A DNA stretch of 62,966 nucleotides from a virus (lineage: Duplodnaviria; Caudoviricetes): IMG/VR virus record IMGVR_UViG_3300033143_001983, positions 1 through 62,966 of that record, one strand, 5' to 3'. Shown one piece after another: positions 57,169-62,966 of the stretch (the first letter of the stretch is position 1; every line of letters starts with the position of its first letter). Below the pieces are notes generated by a model. The model was not told the DNA's origin. It saw only the letters and a list, made by a program, of their open reading frames with translations, and made no database searches. The position numbers and the translations under genes were made by a program.

Positions 57169-58236
57169 CTAGATAACATATTCTATTTCATCAAACTCTT
57201 CATAAGTTGGTGGGTAAAAGCTTCGCATCATGCGTTCTATTATAGCCACATCTATTACTTTACCAGTTCTCTTAGAATTACGCAACATTATTTCTTGCAT
57301 ATCTGGTAAAAAAACTACGCATTTCTTTTTATACTCTGGACCAAAATGTGATAGCGACCTTCTACGAGACTTCTTGCTCATGTGAGTCATATCTACTATT
57401 ACATTGTCCTGTTTTCTTGCATAAGCAAATTTCTGTACCATCCATCTATCTATTAACTTCTGATTAGCCTGTTTCCATGCAGTATTATAATCTAAGTCTG
57501 GAAAGTGCTCGGCAAAGTAATGATCCCTAGAAACTATCATTGAAGTAGCTCCAGTATCTCTATTGTAAGCATTGTTGTGAGTCCATCTACTCTTCCCAGA
57601 TCCCGGCAATCCGCATAATACGATCACTTCTTTTGTCTCACCTCTATCCTTGGCAAATTCAAACTCATGAAGCACTTCATTAAATGTCGGAATTACAGCG
57701 TTCCCTTCTGTGTGAAACCTTCCAGCATGATCCGCATTTCCTAACATAATTAATTTTTCTACAAGAGGAAGATCTCCAATAGCTGCTAGTTTACTAGCCC
57801 CAAGCTTATATACTTGAGTATGAAGCGCAATCATATTAAAGATTCTAGCTTGTTGCTGCTTATCAAGTCCTAGCTCTTCTCGCTTCAATATCTCCAGTGC
57901 CATAAATGCTGATACTGCATCATGATTGTAGAAGCTCACATTTCCATTCTTAGCGTTCACTTTTCTAGTGCTAGGCTTACCTATGTCGTGCAGTAGTGCT
58001 GCAATCTGGACCTCATATGGAGCGTTCTCAGCTTGCTTACATACCATCATCGTATGTGTCCAGACATCACCTTCTAAATGATATGGGTTTAAGTTAACGG
58101 GATCTTCATCAACTCCGAAAGACTCAGCATTATCAAACTCGTCCTCATATAAAAGATGGTGGTTAGCCCTTTTCATATCCGCAACATTATCTGGATACTC
58201 CATTTGAAACCACGATATAAGCTCATGCATTTTCAT
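57169..58236 (-). CDS. HD phosphoesterase fused to P-loop polynucleotide kinase (HD-Pnk-like)
   Basis: H.EGDVWTHT, LLHDIGKP, GLPGSGKS, SRD, VIVDMT....SRR. Confidence 0.85.
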   Translation of the reverse strand: MKMHELISWFQMEYPDNVADMKRANHHLLYEDEFDNAESFGVDEDPVNLNPYHLEGDVWTHTMMVCKQAENAPYEVQIAALLHDIGKPSTRKVNAKNGNVSFYNHDAVSAFMALEILKREELGLDKQQQARIFNMIALHTQVYKLGASKLAAIGDLPLVEKLIMLGNADHAGRFHTEGNAVIPTFNEVLHEFEFAKDRGETKEVIVLCGLPGSGKSRWTHNNAYNRDTGATSMIVSRDHYFAEHFPDLDYNTAWKQANQKLIDRWMVQKFAYARKQDNVIVDMTHMSKKSRRRSLSHFGPEYKKKCVVFLPDMQEIMLRNSKRTGKVIDVAIIERMMRSFYPPTYEEFDEIEYVI

Positions 58237-59246
58237 TATAACTCATCCTCAGATAAAGATCCACCACCGAATACTTCATCAATTTTCACTATCTTACCAT
58301 CTTTTCCTTTAATCTCTTTGCTCAAGTCAAATTGGTAACTCTTAAACTTTGCTTCATTTTGACGAAGCTCTAGTACCTTATCGTAGTACATTTTAAATGT
58401 GGAGATTTCAGCAACATTAAGATCTAGTAAGTCCTCAGTGTCGAAGTCGAATCTCATTAAGTAGTTCATCCCTTCCTTACATTTGTCGCCTTTATTCTTG
58501 TAGCGGATCTTAGCATACTGCCATCCCATTATTGCAAGGTCACATTCCTTCTCAACTCTTCGTAGTGGTTGAAACACAGTTAAGATATTTGTCATAAGCC
58601 ATTCGTATCTAGACGTTCCGTAACAGCCATCCTTCGGCACAGGAATATCTCCAATACCTTTTCCTTTCGTAGTTTGAGATAATATGAATCCGTGAGCATC
58701 AAGCTCTACAGATATGTTTTTAAGCTCTTTACAGGTAGGGTTTAAATCCACCGCATTTCCTACATTAATCTCATGTAAATGATCCAGCGCAAATGCATGA
58801 AGCCTAGTGTTTAATACGCTCTTAATATTCGCCATCTCGATTCTTATATCACTTGTAGTAAGCTCTCTTGATTTACCTTCTTCATCGTAGTTCTCAATGA
58901 TATATAGACGATCTGCCAGTTCTGGGTAATCTTCAGTAGCCTTGTACCACTTCTCAGCTATCTCACTTGCTGTCATCTCAAGTGTTACGAAAATTACAAC
59001 ACCTTCTGGGTTATTTAATAAGATGTGTTTGAAAATATATAAGATGAGGGAAGTTTTACCAACACCTGTTCCAGCAAGTACTCCGGTCATATCACCACGC
59101 TGCCAAGGTCTAATTAAGCAATCCATTTTATCAGGACCATTAACGAACTTATCAGGATCTACTTTACCACTAATTAGCCCACTTCTCTTCATATCGCCTA
59201 AGCTTCTAATTCCACTTTGCTCTTTTCTTTTAGCGTCTAAATTCAT
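58236..59246 (-). CDS. DnaB-like (SF4) replicative helicase
   Basis: AGTGVGKT, FVTLEM, ALDHL, ILSQ, KIR motifs. Confidence 0.88.
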   Translation of the reverse strand: MNLDAKRKEQSGIRSLGDMKRSGLISGKVDPDKFVNGPDKMDCLIRPWQRGDMTGVLAGTGVGKTSLILYIFKHILLNNPEGVVIFVTLEMTASEIAEKWYKATEDYPELADRLYIIENYDEEGKSRELTTSDIRIEMANIKSVLNTRLHAFALDHLHEINVGNAVDLNPTCKELKNISVELDAHGFILSQTTKGKGIGDIPVPKDGCYGTSRYEWLMTNILTVFQPLRRVEKECDLAIMGWQYAKIRYKNKGDKCKEGMNYLMRFDFDTEDLLDLNVAEISTFKMYYDKVLELRQNEAKFKSYQFDLSKEIKGKDGKIVKIDEVFGGGSLSEDEL

Positions 59247-59427
59247 TTACTCTCCTATTAAGCTCTTCAATTGTGTCAGCTAATTCATCTGCTTTACTAC
59301 TCAACTCTACACTAAGATAGTACATCCTATTTTCAGAGCTGTCAAGCGTTTCCAAAACTCTGTCAATTTCCATTTGCATTGGAATTAGTTCTGGATGAAG
59401 CTCTAGGAACTCTTTCAGTTCTTTCAT
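59230..59427 (-). CDS. hypothetical protein
   Basis: 65 aa, coupled to neighbours. Confidence 0.65.
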   Translation of the reverse strand: MKELKEFLELHPELIPMQMEIDRVLETLDSSENRMYYLSVELSSKADELADTIEELNRRVNEFRR

Positions 59428-59942
59428 ACTTTCTCCACTTCTAATCTTTTCACATTTGAAATAGATATCTCATCGCCTTTTACATATTCCCCTTCTAGTC
59501 TTATTTTATACTTTCCAGATATCGGAATGGTTATTTTATGTTCGTAATAATTAGCTTCTACGAAATTATGAGTGTCAAATCTTTTAGCTGTTCCAAAATA
59601 TCCACAAGCTACTTCCTCATTTTCAAGAACACACTCTGCTCCCATCTTAGCATTTCCTGTCCATGCTGGAACTTTTGCAATACTTAAACCATTCTCTCTA
59701 GATAAAGTAGCTGTTTCAATATCAATTCCTGCTGGTGGGTGCTCTGCTGTAAAGTGAATAGCATATCCAACTCTGTGATACGATCCTTCATTTCCTAGCG
59801 GATCTGTGTACATTATAGGATTAGTCATAATAGGAAGCTCTTTTTCTACCCCTCTTAACATTCTAAGCTCTTCTTGAATCTCTAAAAGCTTCTCATAAAT
59901 CTTTGCATCAGTTATAAACATTGCTCCACCAAAATCTTTCAT
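59424..59942 (-). CDS. hypothetical protein
   Basis: 172-aa ORF. Confidence 0.65.
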   Translation of the reverse strand: MKDFGGAMFITDAKIYEKLLEIQEELRMLRGVEKELPIMTNPIMYTDPLGNEGSYHRVGYAIHFTAEHPPAGIDIETATLSRENGLSIAKVPAWTGNAKMGAECVLENEEVACGYFGTAKRFDTHNFVEANYYEHKITIPISGKYKIRLEGEYVKGDEISISNVKRLEVEKV

Positions 59943-60090
59943 CCTATCTCCACTTCATGTACGTCAAGTACTTCATCTCTGTCATATTTATAACTTCCTT
60001 TATATTCATTTACTTCTTTCATTGTTAGAAAGACCTTCTTATAAACATCTACACAATCCCAAGGATTCCACGACACAATTAAGTAACCTA

Positions 60091-60561
60091 TCACTTATCC
60101 TCCAAGTAATAAACAAACACATCTAGATCATCTCCAGTTGCATCGTCAATAATTTGCTTAACAATATCCCAATTGCCGCCAGCTAGTCCACATCCTATTT
60201 TAGGAATTGCGATTGCATGAGTAGAAGTTCCTTTTAAGCGAGCAGTTAGTCCTATGAAGCATTTATAGACCGCTTCATAATCCACATGCTTTTTACCGTC
60301 ATATCCATATGAATCTTGAGTAAAACAATTAAATACAGTCTTTTCTCCAAGAGCTGTACAAATATAACCTAACAGTCCAGCAGTATCTCCTTCAATAGTC
60401 ATATCATCGCAAAACATATGATATTGTGTTTTAACACTAGGATACTCCTCAAACAACACCCTCGCTACTCCGCTTCCCATTACGTTCTGGCAGTTAACTC
60501 CATGAGCAATGTATTTTTGCGGTGCATCTAGTATTGAACCTTTTATGTATTGTTTAATCAT
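60091..60561 (-). CDS. macrodomain (ADP-ribose processing) protein
   Basis: KGSILDA, IAHGVNC...MGSGVA, IPKIGCGLAGGNW. Confidence 0.9.
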   Translation of the reverse strand: MIKQYIKGSILDAPQKYIAHGVNCQNVMGSGVARVLFEEYPSVKTQYHMFCDDMTIEGDTAGLLGYICTALGEKTVFNCFTQDSYGYDGKKHVDYEAVYKCFIGLTARLKGTSTHAIAIPKIGCGLAGGNWDIVKQIIDDATGDDLDVFVYYLEDK

Positions 60562-62047
60562 TGTTTAATCTACCTCTAATTTCTGCTAAAGAAGTTTCTC
60601 TTAAAAGCTTGCCGTCTTTGAAAAGCGGAAGAAGAAGATCATCTGTTTTATTTGCCGGAGCCTCTCTACATTCTTCATCTAAAAAAAACATAGCTCCATT
60701 ATCATTATTTTTATGTACGGAAATCCTACCCTTAGCACTTTTCTTAGTACCATCATCTGTGACAGGATCTTTAAATATTGCTTTCTCAACTCCATTTATC
60801 GTAACACTTGTTGCCTTCATAGCAAAGCCTAGTGAGTCTCTAGTTTGGTACTGGTAAGTATATGATCCAATTCCGTACACAACATTAGTTGAAGCAAATC
60901 CCTTAGCTTTCAATCTAGCGCATATATCCTTGCATCGGTCAATAGTGATAGCATCACCGTAAATAGCTCCTACGGCTGGGTTTAAGACCTTGAAGCCTTG
61001 TTCGTTAACTGTGCCACCAAAAGTATCCCAAAGAAGCTCTACAACCCCTTTCTGTGCTCGTGAGTCTCTACTGGTTTCGTTCCCACATAATATATCTGCC
61101 GGATCTCCGGAGTCTGGACGAATTACTACTTTATCTAAACTCTCAGGTCCACCATCACGCTTAAGTATTGAAGCTTTAAGGGATGGTATAATTGTATCAA
61201 GGGTGTTCCATAAATCCCAAGTATCTGATACGATTGAAACGATCCCTGTAGGGTACGTGTCTTCGATAAGTCTTCTGTAAGTTTCTCTTTCATCTTCTTT
61301 TCCTCCTGCGCACATTACAGAATGTTCAGTGGCATTTACGCTACATCCTACTAGTTCTTCCTCAACATTTGCATTGTAATATTGTTCCGCATATAAGATT
61401 GCCGGAATCGTATCAGTTCCTACTGAGCTTAGTAAATGTCCTACACCAGTTCTTGCTGCATCTTCTGTGCCGCTCATACCACGCATACTGAAGTCGTGAA
61501 GTTGAAACTCAACTCCGTCAGTTGTACCAGTAGTTTCTAGTGCCGCCTCATCTAAGACTTGACGGTAAACTCTAGTAGTACTTGCAGCAGTACATGGCTT
61601 CCATAAATTAGCTGATGCCATAGTCTCGATATAGTTAGTGAGCCAGAAGAATCTATCGTCAGTATTTTCAATTGTGAGCATTGGAACTCTGAATGGTACT
61701 AATGTACCTTCTTCTAGTGCTTTAATTTCTAGTGGTAAATATCCTAAGTCGTGAAGCTCTTCTAAATGTTTCGTATCAGGACTAGGAACTCCTAAGCAGA
61801 ACTTAACTATGCGGCTATATTCAGCAATGATCTCGTTCTTATCTTTGTCGAAGAAGTTTTCTTGGAAGGTTTCTTGAAGTTCTTTTACGAATCCTTGGAA
61901 ACCGAAGGCTACTACTTCTTTAATATTTGGTGCATGTTTGCCAGATCTAGGAGTCCAAGTCGAATAGACCTTCTCGGTTCCTGCTGGATATTGCTCTCTG
62001 TGTGATAATTTGTAAAAGTCTGCCATTAGTGTTGGGTTTAGTTTCAT
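60554..62047 (-). CDS. nicotinamide phosphoribosyltransferase-like enzyme (Namat/NadV)
   Basis: DFYKLSH..QYP, HDFSMRG, ATEHSVM, SIVSDTWD, IRPDSGDP, KSAKG. Confidence 0.93.
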   Translation of the reverse strand: MKLNPTLMADFYKLSHREQYPAGTEKVYSTWTPRSGKHAPNIKEVVAFGFQGFVKELQETFQENFFDKDKNEIIAEYSRIVKFCLGVPSPDTKHLEELHDLGYLPLEIKALEEGTLVPFRVPMLTIENTDDRFFWLTNYIETMASANLWKPCTAASTTRVYRQVLDEAALETTGTTDGVEFQLHDFSMRGMSGTEDAARTGVGHLLSSVGTDTIPAILYAEQYYNANVEEELVGCSVNATEHSVMCAGGKEDERETYRRLIEDTYPTGIVSIVSDTWDLWNTLDTIIPSLKASILKRDGGPESLDKVVIRPDSGDPADILCGNETSRDSRAQKGVVELLWDTFGGTVNEQGFKVLNPAVGAIYGDAITIDRCKDICARLKAKGFASTNVVYGIGSYTYQYQTRDSLGFAMKATSVTINGVEKAIFKDPVTDDGTKKSAKGRISVHKNNDNGAMFFLDEECREAPANKTDDLLLPLFKDGKLLRETSLAEIRGRLNND

Positions 62048-62262
62048 TTTATTCTCCTTTTTAATACTATTCTATTATACATTTCGTAAACTTCTTCTGG
62101 AGGTATGTTAGTTCCTATTATACTCAAAGCTTCAACGAATGATAAAGTCTGAAACTCCTCAAGACCTCTAACAGAGCTAACCATCCCTTTTAGTACTAAA
62201 GTAGAGTATAACTCATGTAGGAATCTAATTTCTGCATTTCTTTTATAAGTCACAGGAAACAT
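62044..62262 (-). CDS. hypothetical protein
   Basis: 72 aa, coupled. Confidence 0.6.
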   Translation of the reverse strand: MFPVTYKRNAEIRFLHELYSTLVLKGMVSSVRGLEEFQTLSFVEALSIIGTNIPPEEVYEMYNRIVLKRRIK

Positions 62263-62477
62263 TACATATTCTCCGCTTCTGATTCAATCATACCTTCTGG
62301 TGGAGTGGGAACTTCTTCTGCTGTTAAATATACTCCAAATCCTATACATCCTACGATTACAGTACTAATACCAATAGTACCTAATACAAGTTTGATACCG
62401 CCCAAATGTAATCCTAAAAAGAACACTCCTATAAAAGGAAGCGATATTAAAAAATAACCTATCATTTTTCTACTCAT
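62262..62477 (-). CDS. small two-TM membrane protein
   Basis: Two hydrophobic helices in 71 aa. Confidence 0.65.
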   Translation of the reverse strand: MSRKMIGYFLISLPFIGVFFLGLHLGGIKLVLGTIGISTVIVGCIGFGVYLTAEEVPTPPEGMIESEAENM

Positions 62478-62966
62478 CTAATACCTCACCTTTTCTATTA
62501 AATATGCGGCTAATTCCAGAATCTCTCAACGTCTGAATACCTTTCGAGTATATTCCGTGAGTCGTATATAGATTAACAGACTTTGCTCCACATCGCAATA
62601 GCTTTTCAGCAGTTAATTTAAAAGTCATTCCACCGTCACAAATATCGTCCCATATTAAAACGTCTTCACCTTCTATGTTAATTCCAAGCTCATTTAGAAA
62701 CATGTTCGTAATATAACCTGTTTTTTGATCACGGTTTTTTGACATAGAACAGTAAGGTATTCTTAAATGATCTACCTTTGTAGTAAAAAAAGGATTACTA
62801 GAGTACCTATCCTCTGCTCCTTTATCTGGGAAGCATATCAAAGAAGGATTCGTAGCATCTATAGCATCATGTACAGCACTAAAAGGAAAAACAGAATCTA
62901 CCAGACCTTTACTATATATGTCGCTATGTTCGTCATATGTTCCTATACTTTTAATTCCCGGCAAAG
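62470..62966 (-). CDS. ribose-phosphate pyrophosphokinase-like enzyme (Adps/Prs), 5' truncated by window edge
   Basis: D.HS, FPDKGA..RY, K.RD, IWDDICDGGMTF, YTTHGIYSKG. Confidence 0.88.
   Translation of the reverse strand, partial: LPGIKSIGTYDEHSDIYSKGLVDSVFPFSAVHDAIDATNPSLICFPDKGAEDRYSSNPFFTTKVDHLRIPYCSMSKNRDQKTGYITNMFLNELGINIEGEDVLIWDDICDGGMTFKLTAEKLLRCGAKSVNLYTTHGIYSKGIQTLRDSGISRIFNRKGEVLDE

Larger units (their letters stand above)
1..62966. mobile_element. Tailed dsDNA bacteriophage genome segment, podovirus-like
   Basis: TerL-portal-scaffold-capsid-tail-ejection gene order on +; PolA/primase/helicase on -; no tape measure, sheath or tube gene; no host housekeeping genes or integrase seen. 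Confidence 0.97.

Noticed and set aside
1281-61280. Many antisense or frame-shifted ORFs in the track (e.g. 1281..1643, 8529..8813, 15380..15886, 52428..52766, 58942..59283, 60561..60857)
   Set aside because: They lie opposite or inside well-supported genes, lack RBSs and show shadow-ORF composition
1-62966. Stop-codon reassignment
   Set aside because: Long intact ORFs and tight gene coupling under the standard code, with TAA, TAG and TGA all used as stops
1-62966. Specific host assignment
   Set aside because: Strong Shine-Dalgarno use, IHF-like sites and a lipoprotein point to a diderm non-Bacteroidota host, but nothing in the window identifies a taxon

Overview
AT-rich, gene-dense 63 kb segment of a tailed dsDNA phage (Caudoviricetes, probably podovirus-type, standard genetic code). 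No host genes, integrase or genome ends are visible. The + strand arm (2425-37890) is the virion module: TerS candidate, HNH, TerL, portal, scaffold, major capsid protein, two large repeat-rich fibre proteins, adaptor, a 1631-aa nozzle-like protein and ejection proteins, one with a lysozyme-like domain. The - strand arms (1-1900 and 37887-62966) carry early/replication genes: PolA, primase, DnaB-like helicase, dCMP deaminase, nucleases, two NUMOD4-HNH homing endonucleases, a signal-peptide ClpP, an RNA-repair cluster and a NARP1-like NAD+ reconstitution pair next to a macrodomain. Most unusual: (1) a 147-nt tRNA-shaped RNA with no anticodon loop and a 76-nt structured insertion in its D-loop, lying with a second structured RNA between HD-Pnk, nucleotidyltransferase and Rnl1 genes; (2) six late-promoter motifs TTAACAACTAT, each with an upstream IHF-like site, five of them helically phased; (3) an HNH cassette flanked by two synonymously recoded copies of the host gene 3' end; (4) apparent CCWGG avoidance. 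All calls were made by eye from motifs and gene order. No database searches or folding programs were run.
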